Assembly (NCBI GenBank): GCA_016290725.1
Contig: JAEEUZ010000001.1
Location: 1-58,382, forward strand
Length of the DNA stretch: 58,382 nucleotides
DNA from: Bacteroidales bacterium
Lineage (GTDB): Bacteria > Bacteroidota > Bacteroidia > Bacteroidales > UBA932
Direction: 5' to 3'
Shown here one piece after another: positions 8,469 through 17,521 of this stretch (positions are counted from its first letter, which is position 1; every line of letters begins with the position of its first letter). Under the pieces are notes generated by a model. It worked only from the letters and a program-made list of their open reading frames with translations. It was not told where the DNA came from and did not search any database. Position numbers and translations under genes: made by a program.

Positions 8469-9887
8469 ATGAAAATCATTGGTCGCGACGCAGAAAACGC
8501 AAAACTCAAGTCCTGGTACAGATCCGGCAAAGCCGAATTCATCGCCATTTACGGCAGACGCCGTGTAGGAAAAACGTACCTGGTGAATACCTTCTTCGAC
8601 AACCTGTTCACCTTTGACGCCACAGGCATCATCGGCGGCACCCGCACCGAAGAACTCGACGCCTTCTACTCCGCCCTTGTCGAGTACGGTTATTCCGGCC
8701 CCAAGCCCAAGAAGTGGATGGAAGCCTTCGAATCCCTGAAAGGCCTGCTGAAAGAGAAAATCGTCAAAGGAAAACGCGCCGTGGTCTTCATCGACGAACT
8801 CCCTTGCCTGGCCACGCCCAAATCAGACCTCGTCAAAGCCCTGGACTACTTCTGGAACAAATGGGGCTCCCGCCAGAAAGAACTGATGCTTATCGTCTGC
8901 GGCTCCGCCACCTCCTGGATTGTCCGCAACATCATCGACAACAAAGGCGGCCTCCACAACCGTATCACGCACGAAATGCACCTCTTCCCGTTCCACCTCA
9001 AAGAAACCAAGGAATTCCTGCAGGCGAACAAATTCAAGTGGAACGACATCACCGTCCTCCAGGCCTATATGATTCTGGGCGGTATACCGTACTATCTGGG
9101 CCTGCTGGATTCCGGAATGTCCCTTGCCGACAACATCGACGCCCTTTTCTTCGCCGAAGGTGCCCAGCTTCGCGGTGAGTATGAGCGCCTCTACAAGTCT
9201 CTCTTCAAGACCCCGGAGCGCTACAAAGCCATCATCAAACTCCTTTCCGACACCAAGAAAGGCCTCACCCGCAAGGAGATTGCCGAGAAACTCAAGGTCC
9301 CCAACAACGGCCACCTAAGCGACATGCTGGAAGACCTCGTAAACTGCGACTTCATCCGGCACTACAACGTCCTTGGCAAGAGCGTCCGTTCCAGCGGAGG
9401 CCTCTACCAGCTCGTGGACTTCTTCTCCCTCTTCCACGCATCCTTTATCAAGAGCAAGAATACAGACCCCCACTACTGGCAGCACACGCTGAACACCGCC
9501 ACCCAGAACAACTGGTACGGACTCAGCTACGAGAAAGTGGCCATGGCCCACATCCCGCAAATCCTTCGCGCCATTGGAATGGACCGCATCCTCACCGAAT
9601 ACTACTCCTGGCGCAGCCAGTCCTCAGACCCGGGTGCCCAGATCGACCTCATCATCGACCGGGCCGACGGTTTCCTGAACATCTGCGAAGTCAAATACTC
9701 TAAAGGTGACTATGCCCTCACCAAATCCGAAGCCGACAAAATAGACAACCGAGTGAGCGCATTCCAGCAAAAAACCGGCACCGACAAGAACATCCTCGTC
9801 ACCCTCATCACCGTCAAACCGGTCAAAGAAAACGCCTGGACCGACACCGTCAGCAGCTTCGTTTCCCTCCAAGACCTCCTCGTATAA
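8469..9887 (+). CDS. AAA-family ('archaeal-type') ATPase with winged HTH and C-terminal PD-(D/E)xK-like domain
   Basis: Walker A GRRRVGKT, Walker B VFIDE, GGIPYYL, QIDLIIDRAD..CEVK; TATATTTG at 8440-8447 supports the 8469 start. Confidence 0.88.
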   Translation: MKIIGRDAENAKLKSWYRSGKAEFIAIYGRRRVGKTYLVNTFFDNLFTFDATGIIGGTRTEELDAFYSALVEYGYSGPKPKKWMEAFESLKGLLKEKIVKGKRAVVFIDELPCLATPKSDLVKALDYFWNKWGSRQKELMLIVCGSATSWIVRNIIDNKGGLHNRITHEMHLFPFHLKETKEFLQANKFKWNDITVLQAYMILGGIPYYLGLLDSGMSLADNIDALFFAEGAQLRGEYERLYKSLFKTPERYKAIIKLLSDTKKGLTRKEIAEKLKVPNNGHLSDMLEDLVNCDFIRHYNVLGKSVRSSGGLYQLVDFFSLFHASFIKSKNTDPHYWQHTLNTATQNNWYGLSYEKVAMAHIPQILRAIGMDRILTEYYSWRSQSSDPGAQIDLIIDRADGFLNICEVKYSKGDYALTKSEADKIDNRVSAFQQKTGTDKNILVTLITVKPVKENAWTDTVSSFVSLQDLLV

Positions 9888-9931
9888 CGGGCTAAAAACC
9901 TCCTTTTTTCACCTTTTTAGCCCGCTATACG
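9881..9931. repeat. Palindromic element, right copy flanking the ATPase gene
   Basis: cgtataacgggctaaaaa...tttttagcccgctatacg hairpin. Confidence 0.8.
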
Positions 9932-10163
9932 TAGCATATTCAAAACCGCCGCCAGCGATGCCAGCCTTGCTCTTCTTCTTCGGGGGCCGTTGTGCGGGCG
10001 GCTGTGCCGCCTGTACGGGCTGCTCCGGTTGCACGGGAGGTTCTGGCTGAACTGGCTGAGCGGGCTGTTCCGGCAGGGCCTGCTCGGCTATGGGTTTGCC
10101 GCAGTTGGCGCAGAACTTGGCGTCTTCCCGGAGCGGAGCTCCGCAATTGTGACAGAAACTCAT
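9909..10163 (-). pseudogene. Zinc-ribbon domain protein, apparently 3'-truncated
   Basis: MSFCHNCG...FCANCG, Pro/Gln linker, KKKSK, then no TM segment; frame runs into and stops inside the 9881-9931 palindrome. Confidence 0.55.
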
Positions 10164-10392
10164 ATCGGTGTGTTGTTTTGTATGTGCGCGGCAGATGTTA
10201 TTAATTGCTAAAAGATAAATACTTATGCTCATAATTCCAAAAAACGTCGGCTCATTTATAATAAATGGGTATCTTTGTGCGTTATGAAAAAAGCCTTGCC
10301 GGGAATGCCAGATTTGGCCATGGCGATGTCATAGGGTAATTGTATTTACAAAATAATGATGTAAATTTGTAAAAATAAACAACTTATCAGCC

Positions 10393-10521
10393 ATGAACAA
10401 TAAGCCGGCCTACGAGATGCCCATTACCGAGCAGATTGAGATTCTTCTGGAATCCGCTTTCGCGAGCTTTAAGCCCAACCAGTCTTATCAAGAAGACGAG
10501 AATGAATTCAAGTTTGACTAA
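10393..10521 (+). CDS. 42-aa peptide with YxxP motif (MNNKPAYEMPITEQIEILLESAFASFKPNQSYQEDENEFKFD)
   Basis: Manual translation; TAAATTTG -7 box at 10362-10369; 16 nt upstream of the lipoprotein ATG. Confidence 0.65.
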   Translation: MNNKPAYEMPITEQIEILLESAFASFKPNQSYQEDENEFKFD

Positions 10522-10537
10522 AATTGTTCTCCGTACC

Positions 10538-12553
10538 ATGAAAAGAAGCATATTTATTTTCGCGGCCCTGATCCTTGCCGCCACATCATGCCAGAAAACA
10601 GAGATGGAGAACATTGAGCCGGCAAAGCATGTGCGCACCTTTACCGCCTCTTTCTCCGAGCTTACGAAAACAAGTCTTGATGGTCTTACTCCGGTTTGGG
10701 GCGACGGCGATGCCGTTTGGTTTTCCGATGGCGTGAACCAGGAAATTGTAGGTGTCCTGCCGGAAGATATCGGCAAGCCCACGGCTCAGTTCTCTACCTC
10801 ATCCTTGACTGGCGAGGTCATCTACGCCTGCTATCCGGCCTCTTATGCTATCGGCCACATCTCCGGGACCCACGTCATCTTAAACGTGCCGCAGTCAACG
10901 GACGGCTCTTTCAAGAATGCAAATATATGCGTGGCCACGACAAACGACAATAATCTGTCTTTCAAGAATGCCACCTCCATTATCCGCTTTACCAAGGCGA
11001 CGGCCGACGTAGTGTTGCTCTCCCTGATATGTCAGGGCGACAATTTCCTGGCCGGGTGGATGTCCTTCCGCCACTGGGACGAATCATATAATGGGTACAC
11101 CTATCATAGAGCAAGCAGTATCGAGATTGACATGAGCGGCCCCGGGCCATACTATGCCGCGGTGTTTCCGCGTACTATGCCTGCCGGGTCGAAGATTGTG
11201 ATGACCACCAGCACGGGCGCTCAATATGTCCGCAACATCAATGTAGAGAACACCTTTACCCTCAATAAGATAAAGACTATCTCGGTCGATGCCGCCTTCT
11301 CCGGCGCCACCCTTGTCTCCGAAGGCTGGGCCGGCTCCGGCACGGAGGATGATCCATACCTGATTGCTTGCGAGGCCGATCTTAAACTGCTGTCCGACAA
11401 TGTGAACAACCGGGTTAGTTATTACTCTGGAGTCTACTTCAGGCAGGTCGGTGATATCTCGGTTTCAAGTTTCCGCCCCATCGGCAGTACGAATGAAGGA
11501 AATGGATTCCAGGGCCATTATGACGGCGATTCCCACACGATTACCATCAACAGTTTCGACCTGAGTTATCTTTCAACGCAAAGCGCAAATGGTTACGAGG
11601 TGTATATGGGCCTCTTCGGATGGGTAAAGGGCACATCTGGTACTACACCGAAGTCGGTTATTCGCAATGTCCGTGTGGCGGGAACCATCGACACGGGAAA
11701 TAACTTTGTCCGGGGGCCTCACTACTACGGCTCCATCTGCGGTTATGCCACAGGAAACGTCTTATTCGAGCAGTGCGGCTCGTCTCTGGGGATGCGGCTT
11801 TTCGGCTATTATGCAAATTACGCCAGTCGGGCAAAACTGATGGCGGCGGGCGGACTTGTCGGTTATGCGGCTTCTACCGTACAGATCAACCGATGCTACA
11901 ATACCGGCAACCTTGCGGCTTATTCCAACGCCAATTCCGGCAACCGCTTTTATGTAGGCGGCATCTGCGGGAATCTGTACGGGGGATTGATCACCTTCTG
12001 CTGCAATACAGGCAACATTACCGGCCAGATTACACAGTCCGGTTATGGCGCTTTCGTTGCCGGAATTGCCGCATCCAATACGACTTCCGGCAGCGTGGAG
12101 GGCTGTTATAACCAGGGTAATATCATAGCTTACGGCGCCAATTCTACGTCGGCCAAAGCGGTGGGTATCACCTACAATGCCCAGGCGAGATCCTGCTACA
12201 ATTCAGGAACGGTCAAGTCATACTATGCCGGCAGTTCAACCACCGAAACCAGCTACAGCGCCGGCATTTCCTATCGGCAATCCGGCACTTACCAGAACTG
12301 CTACTATCTCCAGGGATGCGCATCCACAGATATGCTTGGTTCCGGCGGCACACTTACCAACTGCACCTACTTCATCAAAGGTGACGGGACAAATGGCGGC
12401 CTCATAGAAGGCGACACCACCAGAAGCCTCCTGGATGCGATGAACAGCTACCTGGCGGATGTCCATAACAGCGATCATTACTTCTACGCCAGCCCCGACG
12501 CGGATCATTTCCCCGTCCTGGACTACGTCTCCAGGAATATCCTGAACTATTAG
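10538..12553 (+). CDS. Surface lipoprotein with fimbrillin-like N-terminus and GLUG-like/beta-helical repeat C-terminus
   Basis: MKRSIFIFAALILAATSC lipobox, LTKT, YACYP, GSGTEDDPYLI, repeated GGxxG...CYNxG units. Confidence 0.8.
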   Translation: MKRSIFIFAALILAATSCQKTEMENIEPAKHVRTFTASFSELTKTSLDGLTPVWGDGDAVWFSDGVNQEIVGVLPEDIGKPTAQFSTSSLTGEVIYACYPASYAIGHISGTHVILNVPQSTDGSFKNANICVATTNDNNLSFKNATSIIRFTKATADVVLLSLICQGDNFLAGWMSFRHWDESYNGYTYHRASSIEIDMSGPGPYYAAVFPRTMPAGSKIVMTTSTGAQYVRNINVENTFTLNKIKTISVDAAFSGATLVSEGWAGSGTEDDPYLIACEADLKLLSDNVNNRVSYYSGVYFRQVGDISVSSFRPIGSTNEGNGFQGHYDGDSHTITINSFDLSYLSTQSANGYEVYMGLFGWVKGTSGTTPKSVIRNVRVAGTIDTGNNFVRGPHYYGSICGYATGNVLFEQCGSSLGMRLFGYYANYASRAKLMAAGGLVGYAASTVQINRCYNTGNLAAYSNANSGNRFYVGGICGNLYGGLITFCCNTGNITGQITQSGYGAFVAGIAASNTTSGSVEGCYNQGNIIAYGANSTSAKAVGITYNAQARSCYNSGTVKSYYAGSSTTETSYSAGISYRQSGTYQNCYYLQGCASTDMLGSGGTLTNCTYFIKGDGTNGGLIEGDTTRSLLDAMNSYLADVHNSDHYFYASPDADHFPVLDYVSRNILNY

Positions 12554-12583
12554 AAGTCACATCTTCCCCAGGAACGCACAAAG

Positions 12584-12611
12584 AAAGCATCGCTTTTCGG
12601 CGATGCTTTTT
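12584..12611. terminator. Bidirectional terminator hairpin between the lipoprotein gene and tRNA-Leu
   Basis: aaagcatcgc-ttttcg-gcgatgcttttt. Confidence 0.7.
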
Positions 12612-12612
12612 G

Positions 12613-12696
12613 TGCCCAGAGCGGGAATCGAACCCGCACGGTATTGCTACCACAGGATTTTGAGTCCAGCGCGTCTACCAATTCCGCCATCCGGGC
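12613..12696 (-). tRNA. tRNA-Leu(CAA)
   Basis: Reverse complement GCCCGGATGGCGGAATTGGTAGACGCGCTGGACTCAAAATCC...GGTTCGATTCCCGCTCTGGGCA; long variable arm. Confidence 0.95.
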
Positions 12697-12742
12697 AGGA
12701 TCAGGGGGCCGTGGTGCAGGGCCGCCCTTGAACTCAGGGCTG

Positions 12743-12789
12743 CAAATTTACCGTAAAAACGCCGAACTGCCAAATTTTTTGTAAATTTG
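12743..12789. promoter_or_regulatory. Divergent -7 boxes for tRNA-Leu (minus) and fabG (plus)
   Basis: TAAATTTG on both strands (12743-12750 minus, 12782-12789 plus). Confidence 0.55.
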
Positions 12790-12808
12790 CGCGTTAAACC
12801 TGAACACT

Positions 12809-13555
12809 ATGGGACTATTAGACGGCAAAGTGGCGCTCATCACCGGCGCGGCGCGCGGAATCGGCAAGGCAATCGCGCTTAAGTTCGCCTCAGAGGGCGC
12901 AGACGTGGCATTTACGGATCTGGTTATCAACGAAGCGGCGGAAGAAACCGTTAAGCAGATTGAGGCTTTCGGCCATAAGGTGAAGGCCTATGCCTCCAAC
13001 GCGGCGGATTTCGAAGCAACGCAGGAAGTGTGCGCGCTGATTGAGCAGGATTTCGGCCACATCGACATACTCGTGAATAATGCCGGCATCACCAAGGATG
13101 GCCTTGTGATGCGCATGAGCGAACAGCAGTGGGATGCGGTCATTGCCGTCAATATGAAATCGGCCTTCAATTTCATGCACGCAGTTGTGCCGATGATGGC
13201 CCGTCAGCGCAGCGGAAGCATCATCAACATGGCTTCCATCGCAGGCCAAACCGGAAATCCAGGCCAGGTGAACTATTCCGCCTCCAAGGCCGGCCTCATT
13301 GCCATGGCAAAGAGCGTGGCGAAGGAAATGGGTCCGCGCGGCATCCGTGCCAACGCCATCGCCCCCGGCTTCATCATCACTGAAATGACGGAAGCCCTGC
13401 CGGACGCAGTAAAGGAAGAGTATCTGAAACTCATTCCCCTCAAGCGCGGCGGCACCGTTGAGGACATCGCCAACACGGCCCTGTACCTCGCCTCAGACCT
13501 GTCGGCCTATGTCTCCGGCCAGGTTATCCCCGTAAACGGCGGCATGTACTGCTAA
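12809..13555 (+). CDS. fabG: 3-oxoacyl-ACP reductase
   Basis: TGAARGIG, NNAGITKD, YSASK, NAIAPGFI. Confidence 0.93.
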   Translation: MGLLDGKVALITGAARGIGKAIALKFASEGADVAFTDLVINEAAEETVKQIEAFGHKVKAYASNAADFEATQEVCALIEQDFGHIDILVNNAGITKDGLVMRMSEQQWDAVIAVNMKSAFNFMHAVVPMMARQRSGSIINMASIAGQTGNPGQVNYSASKAGLIAMAKSVAKEMGPRGIRANAIAPGFIITEMTEALPDAVKEEYLKLIPLKRGGTVEDIANTALYLASDLSAYVSGQVIPVNGGMYC

Positions 13556-13580
13556 CGATTTCCGCTCCGAACACAGAAAC

Positions 13581-13604
13581 AGAGACCTCGCCGGTCTCTT
13601 TTTT
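13581..13604 (+). terminator. Intrinsic terminator after fabG
   Basis: agagacc-tcgcc-ggtctct followed by T run. Confidence 0.7.
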
Positions 13605-13607
13605 CGT

Positions 13608-13698
13608 GGACTCAAGTGCAAAACAAGCCTTTCCTGCACCTGAACAGGCGAAAAACAGAGTCTCAGGTGCAAATAGAGGGTCTGGTGCACTTGAGTCC
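13608..13698. repeat. Nested inverted-repeat (REP-like) element
   Basis: ggactcaagtgca/tgcacttgagtcc outer arms; tgcacctga/tcaggtgca inner arms. Confidence 0.7.
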
Positions 13699-13724
13699 CG
13701 GGAACAGGGACGGGAGGGGGACGG

Positions 13725-15146
13725 TTATTGTTTGCAGGCGGCGGAGGCGTCGACGAGGCCGTGGCCGAGATAGTAGTCGGGGGCGTCAAGGGGGCGGGAG
13801 GTGGTTTCGAGGCGGCGGCGGAGGTCGGCGGAGGTGAAGCCGGGGCCGCCGCAGGTAGAGACGACCAGTGCGGCCACGCCGGAGACGTGAGGGCAGGCCA
13901 TGGAGGTGCCGTTCATCCAGCCGTATTTGTTGCCGGGGAGGGTGCTCAGCACCTTGTTGGGCTGGTCTCCGCCGGGGGCGGCCAAATCGGCAAATGAGCC
14001 CCAGTTGGAATAGGAGGCCTTGCGGAAACCGGCTCCCAGCGATGTTACAGTAAGTATTCCTTCGTAGGACGACGAACTGGCTTCGCGACGCTCGTTTCCG
14101 GCGGCGAAAACCACCAGGCCGCCAGCCATGGGGCCAACCTGGCGGCCATCGGCATCCAGGCCCGCGTATTTCACGAAATAATCCACGGCGGCCTTCACGG
14201 ATTCCGGGGTGCTGGCTAGATCCGGGTAACCCCAGCTGTTCTGGGAGATTACCGCGCCGTGGTCGGCCCCCCACTTGATTGCCGCGGCGGGGTTTCCGGC
14301 GCTTTCATTGCCGGTGAAGATCTGGCAAGACATTATTTTAACGCCGGGAAGCCCGTGGGCGAAGTCTCCGCCCGCTATTCCGCATACGCCTGTGCCGTTG
14401 TTGTTGACGGCGGCGATTGTGCCGGCAACGTGCGTGGCGTGCGAATCCGGGGTAATATGGTATGAGTCGGAGTAGAAATTGTAGCCGCAGTGGCCTTCGC
14501 TGTCGTACCAGATATTGCCAGCAAGATCCTCGTGGGTGTAATCCACGCCGCCATCTACAACGCAAACAATGACTTCCGGATTGCCGATGTACCCTGAAGA
14601 CCACGCCGGAACCACATTGATGTCGCACCCGGTCTCGGCGCCTTCATGGGAGCCGTCGTTGTAATAATGCCACTGCCGATAGAAGAGAGGATCGTCGAAG
14701 GGGCCTACGGACGCGCCAGGAGCCAGTTCGGCATAAGTGATATCCCCGTACAGGCGCCGTATAGGATCGCATTCCACAAGCGTAATCCCGGGATAAGCCT
14801 CCAGGAATGACTTTGCAAGGGAAGTGGGATAGTCCTCGTCGAAATCTATCTGATACCATAGATGCAGGCCCTCTTGGCGCGACCTCGGCTCAAACTCGCC
14901 GGCCGGTGCGAATACGCGCTTCATCCGTTTGATGTTCAATCTGTCATCGGCCCGGCGAAGCCCTTTCACATCGGAGACCACCACGTTTCCGCGGCCTCCG
15001 GTATGGCTTTCAAGCGCATCGGCAAACTCCGGTGTAACCCTAACCAAGATCTTCCCGGGCGCATACTGGCCATCGTTTTCCAGGATGACGTCATGGGAAC
15101 ACGCCACCAGCGCAAGAAGAATCAGTATCCGAGCTATCCTTTTCAT
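13725..15146 (-). CDS. S8 subtilisin-family serine protease lipoprotein
   Basis: LVAC lipobox, VVDGG (Asp), HATHVAG (His), GTSMACPHV (Ser); start re-called at MKRIA. Confidence 0.92.
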   Translation of the reverse strand: MKRIARILILLALVACSHDVILENDGQYAPGKILVRVTPEFADALESHTGGRGNVVVSDVKGLRRADDRLNIKRMKRVFAPAGEFEPRSRQEGLHLWYQIDFDEDYPTSLAKSFLEAYPGITLVECDPIRRLYGDITYAELAPGASVGPFDDPLFYRQWHYYNDGSHEGAETGCDINVVPAWSSGYIGNPEVIVCVVDGGVDYTHEDLAGNIWYDSEGHCGYNFYSDSYHITPDSHATHVAGTIAAVNNNGTGVCGIAGGDFAHGLPGVKIMSCQIFTGNESAGNPAAAIKWGADHGAVISQNSWGYPDLASTPESVKAAVDYFVKYAGLDADGRQVGPMAGGLVVFAAGNERREASSSSYEGILTVTSLGAGFRKASYSNWGSFADLAAPGGDQPNKVLSTLPGNKYGWMNGTSMACPHVSGVAALVVSTCGGPGFTSADLRRRLETTSRPLDAPDYYLGHGLVDASAACKQ

Positions 15147-16960
15147 CTTTCGCGCACTGGTCTTATCGGCATGCCGTAAAAGCGGCCGCAGGTCCATTCA
15201 TTAATGTTTTCCACGGTTCCCTCCGCCCCCAGGAAGTACGCTCCGGCGGGGCCGTTATCCACGCTCCTTGTGAGGCTGGAGGTCCAGTAGTAGCCGTATC
15301 GGCCAAATTGTTCCACCTTATTGCCAACGGCCCTGCCCGCGCAGGGGAAAAAGACGCTTTCGCCGGACGGCGCCGATATGCGGAAGCCCCTTGTGCCGTT
15401 CAGGGTTTCCAGATTCAGGCGGCCGCCTTCGTAACTTATGAAATCCCACAGTTCCCATAGCTCCCAACGGGTTGGCATGCGCCAGCCTCCGCCAAGATGG
15501 ACGCGCGCGGGGTCGTCGGACGGCTCGAGCTCGGCAAGGTTGTCCGGCGCACCGGGGCCTGTCCACCACTTCTGGTCGTAGCAGTATTTGCTGAATCCGG
15601 TGCCGGCGCCGTTGCTGAAGGAATAATCGGCCCAGTCAAAAAAAGCTTTCGGCCCGGTCTCTCCCCAGGCGAAATAATACCCGGTTTGCTTCTCATCGGA
15701 GGCACCCAGATTGAACGAACCCCAAAGCACGCTGAGTCCAAGGTCAATAGCCTCTGGAGCGGGGTAGGAAGGGGATGATGTATCAAAATCAAAAGGCGCG
15801 GGAGCCCCTGAAATAGATAGAAATCCGATGTATGAATCGAACCAGAGGATGCGACGATCCAGCCAGTCTTCGATGTACGGGAGCTCCGCTTCGTGATTGT
15901 CGTTAAGAGGCCACCTTTTGAAATTCGCAAAGCGCGCATCCTTCAAATCGGCGGCAAGGTTGTGCATCTTCTCCTGGAAAGCGGGGAGTTGCGGCTTTAT
16001 GTTTTCCCACTCGCGGGCGAGAGTGCCGATGAAATCGGCGGTCTTCAGTAAAAGTGGGAGATAGCTCTCCACCGAGCAAATGCAATAACCTGTTTGTTGG
16101 GAGCCGGGTGAGGGCACCGGATCCTGAGGAGTGCGGTTCATCATTCCAAGAATCGATTCCGCATCCCAAACGGGCCCCATCATCAGCTTTCCACCACGGG
16201 ATGGAAGCACGAAAAACTTATTCGGATCCACATTGCCAAGCACCTCGTTCACGATATACCACCGTGCAATACTCTCAAGATCCAAAAGGGAAGTGTCGCC
16301 CCTCTGAAGGCCGTCTTCCAGGTTTTCAATATACTCGGATATGAACTGCTTGTCGAGGGCCGATATGTTTTCGGGATATTTGAAAGTATAGTAATGTTCG
16401 AGGCCGCTTTCGAACCAGATCGGCTCTTCTTTCCAATAAGTGTCGTCTTCGATAATGAAGCCGTTCGTCGCTATCGGCCCCACGGATTGCTTCACCGTTT
16501 CCGTCAGAACGTAAACGCCAAGATAATCACCGTTTATATACAGTTCCACATACCTGTATTCAGGGGTGTAGGGCATGAGGGCCAGGCGCGAAAGCTCGAA
16601 AAGGTATGCCGTTCGCACCAGAGAAAGATCTTTATACTCCGCCAGAAGTATCCATTCCCTGGAAGGGTTCAAACCCAGAAGAGAAGCCTCCCTGTCCAGT
16701 TGTATTATGTAGGGCTTCTTCTCGTAATACCGCCAGGTGTAGTTTCCCCGCCCGCGGATACTTCCTTTAAAAGAGGCGCCATCCAGGCCGATGACGGCAT
16801 CGACATACTTTGTCTTGCTCTCGACGGGAGCGGCAGTGTTCACGGCAATGCGGGGAAGGGATGTCGTTGCCGGCGGGAGTTCCTCCAAGTGCGGTTTTTC
16901 CACGCATCCGGCAAGAATAGCCGCTCCCAGCAAAAACAGAATATGCAGATTCTTTCTCAT
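15143..16960 (-). CDS. CotH kinase-family lipoprotein with C-terminal DUF1566/Fib_succ-like domain
   Basis: LAGC lipobox, IRGRGNYT, KKPY, YLGVYVLTE, GPVWD; C-terminal AIDLGLSVLW...WRMPT...YWTSS. Confidence 0.82.
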   Translation of the reverse strand: MRKNLHILFLLGAAILAGCVEKPHLEELPPATTSLPRIAVNTAAPVESKTKYVDAVIGLDGASFKGSIRGRGNYTWRYYEKKPYIIQLDREASLLGLNPSREWILLAEYKDLSLVRTAYLFELSRLALMPYTPEYRYVELYINGDYLGVYVLTETVKQSVGPIATNGFIIEDDTYWKEEPIWFESGLEHYYTFKYPENISALDKQFISEYIENLEDGLQRGDTSLLDLESIARWYIVNEVLGNVDPNKFFVLPSRGGKLMMGPVWDAESILGMMNRTPQDPVPSPGSQQTGYCICSVESYLPLLLKTADFIGTLAREWENIKPQLPAFQEKMHNLAADLKDARFANFKRWPLNDNHEAELPYIEDWLDRRILWFDSYIGFLSISGAPAPFDFDTSSPSYPAPEAIDLGLSVLWGSFNLGASDEKQTGYYFAWGETGPKAFFDWADYSFSNGAGTGFSKYCYDQKWWTGPGAPDNLAELEPSDDPARVHLGGGWRMPTRWELWELWDFISYEGGRLNLETLNGTRGFRISAPSGESVFFPCAGRAVGNKVEQFGRYGYYWTSSLTRSVDNGPAGAYFLGAEGTVENINEWTCGRFYGMPIRPVRER

Positions 16961-16998
16961 AGACTTCCCCGTGACAAAGATATGAAATAAAAACCGTA

Positions 16999-17400
16999 AC
17001 TATCCGGCCGAAAAACAAGAATTGCCCGTTTCTGAATGAGTGACTATCCGGCCGAAAAACAAGAATTGCCCGTTTCTGAATGAGTGGGCCCTGCCGGATA
17101 TCCACGCAGACCCCTGTAGAATGGCGATTTGCCGGATATCCACGCGGAACACTGTCCGGGGCCGATTTTGTGGATATCCGGCAAGGAAAACGACCAAAAT
17201 GGCGAAAAACGTTGCCGGATATCCACACAGACATCCGTAGAATGGCGATTTACCGGATATCCGGCCACAGGACGAAGGACTGGCGGGCAAAAAGGGCCTC
17301 TGGTGCCCGTGAGCTGGGCGGAAACGATGGTTGGCGGGCAAAAAGGGCTTCTGGTGTGCCCGTGAGCTGGGCGGAAACGATGGTTGGCTGGCAAAACGGG
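16999..17400. repeat. Intergenic repeat mosaic
   Basis: Perfect 44-bp tandem pair 16999-17086; ~49-bp pair 17093-17141/17214-17262 with multiple CCGGATATCC; ~52-bp pair ~17281-17385. Confidence 0.85.
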
Positions 17401-17521
17401 GGTCTGGTGTCCGGGAGCGGGGCGAAAACGAGGCCGGCCGGGCAAAGGGCGGAGCCTAATGGGGCGACAAGTTTGTCTTTTCGGCAAATAATTGCTATAA
17501 TTGCAGAAAATGCTGTGTATC

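Noticed and set aside
10436-10537. N-terminal extensions in the ORF track (also starts at 3557, 8445, 15197, 26510, 33108, 37845, 39179, 53421)
   Set aside because: Downstream ATGs give proper signal peptides, gene coupling or fit with promoter positions
16999-17400. CRISPR array
   Set aside because: Repeats are of mixed families with no regular repeat-spacer period, and no cas genes are in the window
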